Shown in pieces: positions 23,205-35,042 of a stretch of DNA of 64,000 nucleotides. Source of the stretch: Somniosus microcephalus. Its lineage: Eukaryota. Position 1 is the stretch's first letter. Each line of letters starts with the position of its first letter. The DNA is taken from NCBI GenBank assembly GCA_052327205.1, contig CM126222.1:49166001-49230000 (forward strand). Direction: 5' to 3'. Position numbers and translations under genes: made by a program. Below the pieces are notes generated by a model, which made no database searches, had not been told where the DNA came from, and saw nothing but the letters and a program-made list of their open reading frames with translations.

Positions 23205-23386
23205 TGTAAAGTCCGCGCCTCAATAATACACGGACTTCAGGAGAACAGTTTAACAGGTACTTTACTGAACAAGAGGCAGCTTGAAACTGAAACTACAGAA
23301 GCCTGCTAGCGCCTTTTATACAGGGGTGGTCACTGCCGGTACTGCAGTCTAAGACCAGTTATTCCCTTAAAGGTACATACACAACA
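23205..23386 (-). repeat. 5' LTR of the Gypsy element
   Basis: 182 bp, TG...CA; minus-strand TATAAAAG and AGTAAA motifs. Confidence 0.97.
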
Positions 23387-23849
23387 CTGGGGAAGAGATG
23401 CCTCTCTATCATTTTGGTAGAGGAATAGCGTAAGGCATGGGGCGGGGGGGGGGCAGGAATTTAAGAGAAGGAGAGGAAGAAGAGGGAAATACGACGGGGG
23501 TAAATTTTACCAGTGTAACATGCTAGAATTTTACACACTAGAATTATATTTTATAGAATTTCTACAGAAATTCCAAATGGATCAGCAAAAGTTTTTGAAT
23601 TAAATTCTGTCAGTACCTACAAACTATTAATTAGATAGATAAATAACACTGCCTGTTTCATTTGCATATGCTTGAATATACTTATTTGGTTCATGTTTCA
23701 CATTGGCCCAGCCTTAAATCAGTGATGAAATAAAATATATTTTTCTTCTTATCTAGAAAGAGCACCCTGCTTTTGTAAGGAATTTGATTTAATTTTCAAA
23801 ATGCTATAAGGTTTGTGTTTTCTTTTCTTCTCCCCCACAGGGCAGCTGT

Positions 23850-24205
23850 ATTTCATTCTGCCAGCGCAATTTACACTTCATCTGGAGCCATCCTTTGTTT
23901 CTTAACCTGTCCCATTACCATCTCCTTTTGCCTTGAATATCTCTTAATGTCTCTAACCTCTCCTGCCTTCCATCCTATCACAGACCTTCCCTTTTGTTCT
24001 TTCATCCCCTCCCCACTTTCCCAGCTCCTACACTTGCTTAAAAAATCTGTTCCATTTCCTGCTTTTTTTCCAGTTCTGACAAAAGGTCATCGACCTGAAA
24101 CGTTAACTCTGTTTCTCTCTTCACAGATGCTGCCTGACCTGCTGAGTAGCTCCAGCGTTTTCTGTTTTTATTTCAGATTTCCAGCATCTGCAGTATTTTC
24201 TTTTT
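23850..24205 (+). mobile_element. Penelope-like element terminal fragment
   Basis: Pyrimidine-rich tract followed by ctgacaaaaggtcatcgacctgaaacgttaactctg...cagatgctgcctgacctgctgag...tttccagcatctgcag, the terminus I recall for elasmobranch Penelope-like repeats. Confidence 0.7.
24072..24108 (+). ncRNA. Minimal type I hammerhead ribozyme remnant (core mutated)
   Basis: AGUU-CUGACAA-A-AGGUC(AUC)GACCU-GAAACGUU-AACU: stem I, CUGAnGA box with G to A change, stem II, GAAA, palindromic ACGU. Confidence 0.6.
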
Positions 24206-25284
24206 GTAATAGAAATACAGTTCATATTGTAGTGTATTTTTGTCTAAATCTAAATCTAGGCTATTTTAAATCACTCAGTGATTACTTGGAGATGTTGCAA
24301 CTTTGTAGAATGATATTCTGCTTAACTGAATGAATAACAATACAACGACCAGTAAGTGCACATCATCCCACTACCACCGGGGATGTTAGTGATTGGCATG
24401 GTACGGAAATCACAACTTGCTGACTTTGAACATTTTAAATTTTGTCATTTTTCCAGCATATAAGCCTGGGAGGCCACTGACTAGGCCACTGGGGAGCAAT
24501 AAAATAAGTTACTGTTTGAAAAAAAAATCTGTTTAATAATGAGAAGAAAATGCCTCGTGACCTTCAAAAGCAGAAATTGGCTGGAAGGGCACAACAGCTT
24601 TGAAGGTGGACAATTTTGCTGTGTTTCATTCCCAATGATTTATCAAAAAGCAAAAATCTAAGTGTCTTTAAAAATACATTCTGCGAATGGCCTTGTAACA
24701 TCACAAATGTTTTATAACTATTGTCTTGAGGGGCAGCATGTGGAGTAGTATGCCGGAGCTCAAAGTCATAGTGCCATTAAGAGGTGAGAATTAGGTTCAA
24801 ACCTGAATTGTTGTTCTCGTCTGTGCTGCTGTGGGGAAGTGCCAAGCCGCCAGACATTTCCCCATAGAGGGCAAAGACATTGGAAAGAGTGCCATCGGCG
24901 GCCAAATGCCATGCACTTCCTTGGAGCTGACTTCCAAGTAACAGATGGAGACCTGGTAGCAGGTGGTCCACCTGCTTTATTAGTCACGTTGATCTATGGC
25001 CCAGGAAGATCATTGCAAGGGAAGAAGATGATGGTGGGGGGGCGGGGGCAGGAAACAGAGCCGTATGTACCATCAACAAACAAAAAAAAAGACTTGAATG
25101 TATGTAGCCTGCTGAGCCACAAAAAAAATTGTCTTTATGCCACAATACCCTGAAGATATCCACTTCTGGTAACTTCATTGGTTAATAGGATACTCACAAT
25201 AGTGAGGTTTGCTGACAATTATACTGTAAACACCTAATGAGATAAAGGATGCTTTATGCAGCATTTTTTTCCATTGAGCTGTAG

Positions 25285-25560
25285 CAGTTTACAGCCTTAC
25301 AGTTGTGTTTGGTGTGTGATATTGTGTAATGTTTTAAAAGCCTACAGATGTTCATTGGGTGTGATGGTGATTATGGAGCCTGCAGATGTAGACTGAGCGA
25401 GATGTTGATTGAAAGCTTCCACATGTCCACCAGGTATGACATTGATTGGAAGCCTGCAAGTGTGGCTTGGGTGTAGCTGTGGGTGTCATATTGATTGAGA
25501 AGCCTGTAAATGTACACTGAGTTTGATATTGATCAGGCGCCTATAGATCTGCACTAAATT
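25285..25560. repeat. Degenerate ~37-38 bp tandem repeat
   Basis: About 6-7 recurrences of agcct.cagatgt.cactgggtgtgatattgatt-like units. Confidence 0.6.
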
Positions 25561-28448
25561 ATGGGATGGAAGAACAACACTACCTCGCTCATGCTGGTCC
25601 AGTTATTGTGGTGGCGCAGATAGTGATGATCTGCTCTCCTCTGCAATGCAGAAATTCACTCACTGCCTCTTTCCTATTTGGTGATTCACATAATTGCAGA
25701 ACAAACTGAATTGTCTCGTATGTGTAGTCCATTTCACCCAGTTGCAAACATGCTCATTCTACTTACTGGCATGAGCCTACCAACCCAACGAGGCTGGTCA
25801 GTAAATAGGGTGGTTTCAATAAACACCATGTCCTGCACTGGTTTCTTTGGGTGGGTGGGGTAGGCGGTTACTATGTTAATTCCAGCTGTTACACTCAAGC
25901 TGACAGAGTATTACTCCAGCGCTCAGGTGGGTCCTGACGGAGGCAGAACAGCCAAAGTGATGTACTTTAGCTGCTTTATACTATCATTTTCTGATTGCAC
26001 CACTGCATGTATAAATTCAATGATAAAATCTAAGGATAACAACCATGCAATAGTGAAGTAGCTTGCAAACGTGCAATGGGAGTGATATAGATGGGACACT
26101 CCGAGTTGCGCACTGGATGTGATATTGACGGGTATTTGCAGACAAACAATGGGTATAAGATTGATTGAGAAACAAATTGTTCCAAATTTGATATCGCATC
26201 GATTTGCACAGGAGTATCGAGCTTGTTTGTGATTGAGAAACCTATGCAGTATTACTGACAAAAAACTGTTAGCCTGCTCTCCTCTGAAGCAAGAACATTG
26301 TTGCTTTAAAAAGGAAATGCACTGTGTACTGCAGACATGAATTGAGTGCGATATCAGTTACTGATCCACACCTTTCACAGCATTATGTGATTTTTTTTTT
26401 ATTGATCCATTCTTTCCTCCACATTTATTCATCCGCAGGTCTCCACAGAGTATTTCGTAGTTTGTTGATTAGCTCTTCTCTTTCATGGTGTTCTTTGATC
26501 AGTGAGTGCTCTCCGTAAGGACAGAAGTTGTTCATTAATCAGTTGAGCATGTGGTGCACCCTCTGCATGATGTGCTGCTGCTTGTTGATCATTAGGTCCA
26601 TTACCTACATGGTGTTCTATGGCTGATTTATCAATTGGTCTTCTTCTGCAAGGTGTGTTCTCAAATACCAATTAGTTGGTCATTCCTCCATAGGCGCTCA
26701 ACCATCAATTCAACCTTTGATAATTGGGCCTTTATAATTCTACACATTGTAAATAGCTTGTAAACGAAAACTATGAAGAGCTGTCACCAATTTCTCAGCA
26801 GTTCAGAATTCGAAGAAAATATATCATTTGTACATGTGTTTGTATGGGACTTGTTCGATTAATAATATACTTCTAATTTCGCTTTGTGTTGAATACCATT
26901 AGTGTATTCCAAAGCAAATACAAACTGTACAGGAAAAGTAACTTCCAAACCCCACTTAGCTTGACTGAATTCATGCTTGTTTAGGATTGCGATCTGAGTT
27001 AGTCAGACAACATTTAGGAATTTGGCCTCATAAGAGCTTGGATATCATGCTGAATTAGAGCACTCTTAGGGTAAGATTTTATGGAAGGTCAGTTTTATCT
27101 TCTCATGCATTTTCTATCTAAAAGAGACTATGGTTATTTCACCTACCTGGTTGTCTCCAAACTATAATCCAACACCTGTTCAAAATGATACAGCATATAT
27201 ATTTGATGTAGGTTATTGAAATGTGAAGTTTTTATTTACAACCAGGTGCACTTTGATTGAGCAACTTATATATTTTTGAAATCAAGGAATTTATATTGAT
27301 ATGCAAAGATTAAGAAGGATTTTTATCAGGCTGTGTAAAAAAAAAAAAAGTGACAAAGGTAAAATTGATGAAGTTTAAATACATTGAAAATAAAGTGCCT
27401 GATGGGAATGCTGATGTGGCTAACATGTTGAAATAGTTCCAGTTTGCTGCAGAGCCACAACAATGAACAGAAGTTTGTCAGAGCCTCTCTGCTCTGCTAT
27501 GGTGAGGTGGAGTTTTGCAGCTTCCAGTAAAGTCTGCTCTTATGGAGGTTGCAACTCCTGATGGTGGCTGTAGTGCACCTTCTTCTACTGCCGTTATCTG
27601 CACCATTCTTTGAGCTCGGGCTTTCACTTCAGCAGCATCACCGTTGCTACAGTATTAGTTATTGATTGGATGTTGGCAATGAGCTGGCACTGCACTGAGC
27701 TCATCGATCTTGGAGATCAGGGAATCCATATTACAGAGATTGCAGTAAGGGGGCAAGTTCTAAGAGTTCATTAAATCTTATTACATTGTAGGAAAATTAA
27801 ACTGCATTTACCATAAAATCGCTTGACAATGCACCTGTATAGTTGAATGCTTTTTCTAATCCATTCCCGGCCACATTTTAATTTTGGAATGATGAATGCG
27901 AATTAGAATCTATTCTGACAGAGGATGAAGATAATAACTAATGCTATTTCTGGTAAGCTAAAAAACCTTTTGCATTTAATTCATCTTTCTCGCTGATTAA
28001 TGTAAAATATGTGCTTTTTTAACTTTGATTATTATTGTTTTATTATTTATCTTTACTCCCGAACATATTTCTTTATGTCCATACTATTCTGTTCAACTGC
28101 AAGCTCCCTTCTTTGTTGCGCACTGATCAACCTACAAGGGCACACCATTCTACTGTATGGTGTAAGAATGGCTCCTTGGCCAGTTCTTTGCCCAGGTAGA
28201 TTGGCTGACCCTGGCAAAACAAATTCAGTTTCTCTCCCCCCTCAAAGTGAAGCTTAAATTAAAGAGTCACTCAAAACTAAGACTGGAACCTAGGAGCGCC
28301 TGTCATAGAACCTTGGGGTTTGTCATTGAAGTTACTGTGCTCTTTGTGTCTTTGTCATTATTCACTTGTCATGGACATATTGGCCTCTTACCATCCATTC
28401 AGAATATTTTAATCTAATCCTTGAATTTAATGATTTGAGCAGTGATCT

Positions 28449-28752
28449 AGAATCATAGAATCATACGATGATACAATACAGGAGGCCATTTGACCCATCA
28501 TACCTGTGCTGTCTCTTTGAAAGAACTATCCAATTTATCCCGCTCCATTTTCCCCTTAGCCCTGCAAATATTTCCCCTTCAAGTATTCACCCAATTCCCT
28601 TTTGAAAGTTATTATTGAATCTGCTTCCACCACCCTTTCAGGCAGTGCATTCCAGATCATAACTCGCTGCATAAAGCAAATTCTCCCCACCTCCCCTCTG
28701 GTTCTTTTGCCAATTAACTTAAATCTGTGTCCTCTGGTTACTGACCCTTCTC
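28449..28752 (-). mobile_element. CR1 LINE 3' fragment
   Basis: ORF 28556-28804 SVTRGHRFKL...WNALPERVVEADSIITFKRELG; tail tagaatcatagaatcata. Confidence 0.88.
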
Positions 28753-30498
28753 CCATGTACACAGTTAATGTATACATTTCTGGAGCTGGTACAATTTGTA
28801 TCATTTCCCATCCACCAGAATAATACTAAGGGCATCTCCAGTGTTGATTACTTTATAGTAAAACTCAATACGTATTAAAAGTTTAAGGATATCCTTATTT
28901 GCAGTATTTTCTTAATAAACTGATAAAACTTAACTTTGTTATTTTTATTTAAGCGAAATGTGGTCATCAATCTCTGAGGACTAATACTTTACAGATGTTT
29001 GTAATATATTATTTATACATTAATATATCATTTTGATTTGCACACCAACCACCAAAGTAAAATAAATCCTTCTCTTCTGCATTTATTATTCACAAGAATT
29101 TATTGTTTTATGAACCACCTAAGCAATATTTTCATAATATCCTGAATGAGTGGAGTCATCATATTTAAATCTAGTAACTGTTCTGTAATTCCAATTGAAT
29201 AAAAGCAATTTCAGCACCCAAGCAATAAAAAGTGGGAATGGCTTTTATATTTGGAGCTGTAGATTCTAAAGCATTTATTAATATTTCTCATTCAAACAAA
29301 TGAACAGTTTTCTTTCCATAAAAAACTTTGAAAGTTCTAGACAACAGCACTTTATATGAAAGTAATATGGTGTATAAACATGTATTGTGTGTGTGCCTCG
29401 TACTTCCTACCATGGTGCATTCTATTTATGCAAAGGTATGAAGTGTACGTGCTTGACCCTAGCTGTGTGCTATTTTCCAGGTGCTCCTTCAGTGACAGAC
29501 GTGCAGGAAGTAACTGGTGGCTGTGTTGTAGTCTGAGCCTCCTGGGATTGAGGTGGCTGGTGCTTGTCTCACAGCAGCTGGATTTGAGATGGGCCTGCAG
29601 TAGGCTGCATCCCGTGTGCTGCTGCATGTCCAACCTGGCACTGTGTCCATTCTGCCGTATTTGCAAGCATCAGATGGAGCTTGTGGAAGGGTCACACGTG
29701 CTGCCGTCCTGAGAGAGAACACAAGTGTCCCTGTTCATTCACGCCATGCCACGAATATTGGACACTGTCCCAGCATGGACAGTGATTTGTGGGAAAGTGA
29801 ACATAATGGTCCCAAAGATATCAGTGAAACTCCAGGTGATGTTCGTCTGCAACCTAGCACCAATACTTTGACGCTGGAAAAGACAGTCCTCTCCAATCTG
29901 GCACCAAAAAACAATCAATAATTCCCTGCATTCACAGACAGAAGAAGGAAGACAGAGCATTGTACAGTAAAAACTTTACATATTATTCTTTTCTGTCAGG
30001 ATGCTTGTGTAACCAAACAGAGTTGAGGTAACTTTGGTTTGTTACAGACATAACGTAAATAATCTCCAGATCTATTTACCATTGGGATTCCTGCAGGGAA
30101 ACTCTACTCGATCAGTATCTTCTTCCATAGAGAAGAATGCTTGGAGGCCTTGTCAGCAATTTCATTTGAATAGTTTATGTTATTGGCACCACAAAGGTTA
30201 CTGAGTATAAGGAACCCCAGGGTATATGCAAGTACCTTTTACTATCAAGATTCTTGTCCACAATGAACAGTATGCATGAGGATCTGATTCTCAGAAAGCC
30301 ATTGCATTAACATTGACAATGTTCCTAAATGTTCTTAGAAATAGTCCAATGAGGTTTTGATCTGAGAGAAACCAACTGGCATTTCTTCAAGTTCACCAGG
30401 AATTCTAGCTGCTCCTGGATGTCTTTGGCGCTGCTTCTGTGAGCTGTGAAGCAAAGACTTTGGTAAGTTCTCTCACTACCCAGTTATCTGAAATCAAT

Positions 30499-30584
30499 GG
30501 AGTGAAATTCAGGCGGGTTTATAAAGGTCGGGCAATCAGCTCTGCCAGATTACCACCCAGGTGGTGAAGATAAAAATCTACCTC
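30499..30584. mobile_element. Very short Harbinger-type MITE remnant
   Basis: Imperfect TIR GGAGTGAAATT / AAAATCTACCTC with AAT on both sides. Confidence 0.4.
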
Positions 30585-31262
30585 AATATCTCTATTCGAA
30601 TGAATGGTTGTCTAAAGCAGTACATTTAGCTGTAGGCGTCTAAGTGCTGTTGTCACAAACTATAAAAGTCCTAGCTGTGTGTACTTAATGCATGGCTCAA
30701 ATAAAGAAGAGCAAATGATCCAGTCACTAACACAACAGCAGTAGCATCTGTTCTCCCCAAGTGAAGTAGCATGTGGAAGCACTTAGTGTTTAACTCCATC
30801 TCATTTACAGGTCAAGTGTTTGAGTTCAACCAAGGAGCAAATTTTACATTCCAGTAGACTATGTTGCTATTTCTGATGGGCCCACTATGTAGGGCCATGC
30901 AACAAGTGAGGCATATTGGTAGCCTCTGGAAGAGGCGCAAGAGGTGTTCTCTTGACACTGACAATTCTTGTATCTAACTGATGATGGCAGCAAAATAACC
31001 TGGCTTTTATAAATTATTACGTGAAGACTAAACATTCACTATTATTTTGGAAAAACCTAAGCAAAGTGTGACAATGCTGGACTTCTGACTCCCTAACTCC
31101 CCTGTAATATACTATTTAGGAAAATTTTAACAAGTGCCATGAAAAATAGTTCATTATCACTTGGGAGCACACCAGAATTTCCTGATCCTAAGGTGGACTG
31201 TAGATGCAGAACAGTAAGAGTAGTTTTCTGGAAGTTAAAATTCTCCAAAATTAAAAGAGATT

Positions 31263-32017
31263 GCGCTGAATTTTGCCAATGGGGAACTTTTGGAGGTGGG
31301 ACTCCCACTTGTCGGGTTTCAGTCCCGCCTCCATCAACTTCTGGCCAACCCATGCTATTTTCCCTTGATTGACCTTGTGAAGCCCGCCCAGCAGGCTTAG
31401 CAGGCCTATTAAGGGAAAGCCGGTTACAGAGAACGTCAATGTATGACGTTTCATCTGTCAAAAATTTTTGATAGATGAATTGTCATCGTTTGACAGCTCT
31501 GTGAAGCTGTCAAACACTGACATCCTCTGTAGTTTGATGAGTTCTTGAATTCAAGACGCATCAAACATCTTTATTTTGCAGAAATTAGATGGTTGCTGTA
31601 TTGGAGAATGCAACGGCCATCTGTCATCTCTGCCGTGGAGGTGCGGGACTCTCCGCATACCCACCGATTGAAGCCTGTTGGAAGAAACAAAGGCAATTAA
31701 ACTTTTACGAAAACTTTCCACTTACCTCACATACTCACCTCTCCACACTTGCGCCCACCACTTACCTTCACAGCGCACTTTTGCACCCCTCCGACTCCCG
31801 CAGACCCACTACTCGCCTCGGTGACCCTGGTGGGGTTCGGAGCCTTCGGGAAGCCCGCATTTGTGTGGTTAAAATGGGGCTAATCCTCTTATCTGCCTGT
31901 TAACTGTCAGCTACCCGCCTCCTGGCAAGATGGCACGGGGGCGGGTTGGGCACCCTCCCCCAGATTCTGCCATTTTCCCGGCAGTCCCGCCTCCCCAGGG
32001 CTGGCAAAATCGCGCCC
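31263..32017 (+). mobile_element. PIF/Harbinger-type MITE, subfamily B copy 1
   Basis: TIR GCGCTGAATTTTGCCA / TGGCAAAATCGCGCCC; flanks ATT/AAT; colinear with 41447-42204 and 44191-45016, with internal deletions near the right end. Confidence 0.88.
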
Positions 32018-33480
32018 AATGAATCTGAAGAAAGTAAAATATTTAATGGGCCAGGTGGTATATGTTCTCTGGTTCTCAAGGAGTGTCGGGAAGAAACCTG
32101 CAGGGCAATCGCCCTTGTAATGAAGGAATTAATAGGGGCACTGCTCAGGTTTCACAGTGAAGCAGGAAAATGCAGTATCTACTTCTAAAAAGGGTAAAAC
32201 CACATTAGTCTAACATCAGTTACAAGCAAAACAATGGAAATTATTCTAGTGGGTGGGCTGGAAGAGTCTATACAGAGTAACTTACATAAGAAATTGGAGG
32301 TAGAAGGGAAAAGACGAGCCTCCTTGACTTCTTTTGACAACTTTAAAGATGAAGTAGTTGGTGGAACTCGTGATGATATAAATTATTCAGACTTTCTAAA
32401 ACATTTTGACAAGGTTCCACATGATGAACTTTTAATTAAATTTAATAGCCATAGGAACTTGGGGTACAAAACAAGACTTATACAAAATTGGTAAAAAAAA
32501 GGAAACAATCCTCATGAAAAGTATAATGTCAGGAGGGGGGTGTCCTCAAGTTCAGTGTTTCTCATCTCTATTAATGACGTGGATCTCAGGTTTTCTCAGA
32601 AAACTAAAATATGGAAATCACCAGGGCTGAAGGCTGCTGCTGGATATTTGCCGAGGATTTAGATTGGCTTTGCTAAGAGGTCCAACCTGCAGCTCCTGAG
32701 CCAAATCTGCCTTTTGCTGATTTATCCAATCCATGGAGTTTCCCCAATAGAAAAAGCTGATCTGTTGGTGGGTTTTAAAAGAAAATGTAAAAGAAAAATC
32801 ACAGGCAGTGCTACCAGTTGTGAATAGGTGTGCACTGGATGGCCATGCAGTGCCTGCTCCTTCAGCCTCAAGAAAGAACAATATCCCAGATCCTGATTGA
32901 AGGGAATGAGCAATGCTGCTGGGAGCAGGAGCTACATGCCAATCTTGCACACTCCTGCTGACAAATGCCTTTGGTGCTGCCTGTGATTTTTGTTTTCTAA
33001 ATTCCCATGAAGCAACTGGAACATCAGCTATTTAGTGGGTTGTTCAGAGGTGTGCACTTTTCATTAATAGCCCTCCCTTTATCTGTAGCCTTGTAATGGG
33101 TGTGGACGCATACGAGACATATGGAAATGATGGGTAAGAAAAGACTAGCTGGTCCAGCAAGCCTGCCCCACACTCATGATGCTTGGAGCATCATGACTAG
33201 ACACTTCCGTTCCCCCACCCCCAACCGTAGCCATATAACCTCCTGGGAGAGGCAAAACAAATCAGAAGAAAACCCAGGGCCAATAATGGGGAAAAAAAAT
33301 ATGGAAAGTTTGTCTCCGACCCTCTCAGGTGATCAAAACCAATCCAGGAGATTACACTCAACATGCATATGTTTACAGTTAATCCATTTACCTTTTATAT
33401 GATGTGATCTCTGCTCCAGCCAAGAGTTGGTCCAGCTCCTTTCTGAAGACATGCCAAGAGTCAGCACACACCACACAAGC

Positions 33481-33797
33481 CCGATGGCGGGTGAGTCCAG
33501 AACCAGGGGTCACAGTCTAAGAATAAGGGGTAAGCCATTTAGGATTGAGATGAGGAGGAATTTCTTCAGCCAGAGAGTGGTGAAACTGTGGAATTCTCTA
33601 CCACAGAAGGCAGTTGAGGCCAAATCATTAAATATATTCAAGAAGGAGTTAGATATAGTTCTTAAGGCTAAAGGGATATGGGGAGAAAGCAGGGACAGGG
33701 TACTGAATTTGGATGATCAGCCATGATCTCATTGAATGGCGGAGCAGGCTCGAGGGGCCGAATGGCCTACTCCTGCTCCTATCTTCTATGTTTCTAT
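33481..33797 (+). mobile_element. CR1 LINE 3' fragment nested in an older opposite-strand CR1 3' end
   Basis: PMAGESRTRGHSLRIRGKPFR...WNSLP; tail ttctatgtttctat; AAGC at both junctions. Confidence 0.88.
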
Positions 33798-34304
33798 AAG
33801 CTGACGACGCATTCCAGAGGCTCCCTACTCTCTGGGAAAGGAATTACCGCCCAACATGTAGAAAGAGCAGAAGGAGGTGCCCATCTTGGAGCAACTGACT
33901 GACTGACTCAGGCTCACAGAGGCTCAGCCTAAGGATGCCGGAAATCCTGCCCACACGAGCCACAAACCAAGCAGCTCTCGGACACCACCCCGGAATACAG
34001 CAGCACCACTGGCATGTCCCAGATGCAATATCCATTCCTAACAAAAGAGAGAGAGAGGCAAAAACAGAAGGGAAAGAGAAAAAAGAAAGTTAAAGAGCAG
34101 AGGGGGAAAATACAGCGGTCATAGCAGAATGAGAACATGCAAAAATGAACAAGAGATAGACTGAAGTGAAGACAGAGCAACTGAAGTGAAGGCAGACAGG
34201 GAGAGAATTAAAGGAGATACACAGAAGTAAAGGAGGAGCGAGAAAGAGGGACACTGCAGTGAAGGAGCACAGAGGGCCTGAAATGAATGGGGAGACAGCA
34301 ACTT

Positions 34305-35042
34305 AGGCTGGAATTTTCAGAGGTAAGAACAGGTGGGTTGGAGGGAGGGGGGTGGGTAGTGAAAGTTATAAAAATGTAAAACCCGACCCCAACCCACCCA
34401 CTTTCACTTTTCACTCAGACGGGACGGGGGACGGGCTGCCAGCCCGCTACCAGGAGGCGGGTTGACAATTTAAATATGATAATGAGGCCTGAAGCCTCTA
34501 CTTTAACCTGCTGTGCAGCCAGGGATTCCGGGGCACAGGATTCCCGGTGGCTGGAACAAGGCGGCCTCGGCATCGGGGAGCAATCCTTGTGGGCCGGGAG
34601 GTGCAAGAATGCTTCCTCCCGGCCCCCCAATCTCCTCCACCATCAGCCTGTCCCTCCCTGGGGTTGGGGATCGGACCCCCCCAGGGATCGGGCCAGCCCC
34701 TCCCCCTCTGGGCCTGGAACCCTCCCCCCCCCGGGGATCGCGACTCCGGTCCCAGGGTGGGGATCGTACCCCCACTCCGGGGTCGGGGACCCCCTCCATA
34801 GGCTTTGATCCCCACCCTCCTCCCACCATCCTGAGCCCAGCACCTACCTGTGGTTGTGGCCCCCTGGTCCGCGTTCCCCGCAAGACTGGAAGCCAGCCTG
34901 TCAATCAGGCTGACTTCCGAACAGGGAACCTGCCCCTTCCATTGCACGCAGGCTGTGGAGTTGGGAAAAGCAAACTTCCGGGTTTCTTGCCATCTCCCGG
35001 GTCCCCCGCACCGTGCAGGTGGGACCCGGGAAAATTCCGCCC
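34305..35042. mobile_element. GC-rich Harbinger-type MITE, different family
   Basis: TIR GGCTGGAATTTTC / GAAAATTCCGCCC; CpG-rich interior with repeated ggggatcg/ggggtcgg units; no clear TSD. Confidence 0.65.

Larger units (their letters stand above)
18437..23386 (-). mobile_element. Full-length Ty3/Gypsy LTR retrotransposon (single ORF, short LTRs, Mag-like organisation)
   Basis: Two 182-bp TG...CA LTRs; TSD CTGGG (18432-18436, 23387-23391); primer-binding site and polypurine tract in correct positions; domain order gag-PR-RT-RH-IN. Confidence 0.98.

Noticed and set aside
18822-23226. Plus-strand ORFs inside the Gypsy element
   Set aside because: Antisense shadows of gag-pol or of the GC-rich leader; no env-like or other domain seen.
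25900-27720. Possible Harbinger transposase/Myb remnants on the minus strand
   Set aside because: Only vague resemblance (AQLINEQL, FTGSCK..LT..E); no motif strong enough to report.
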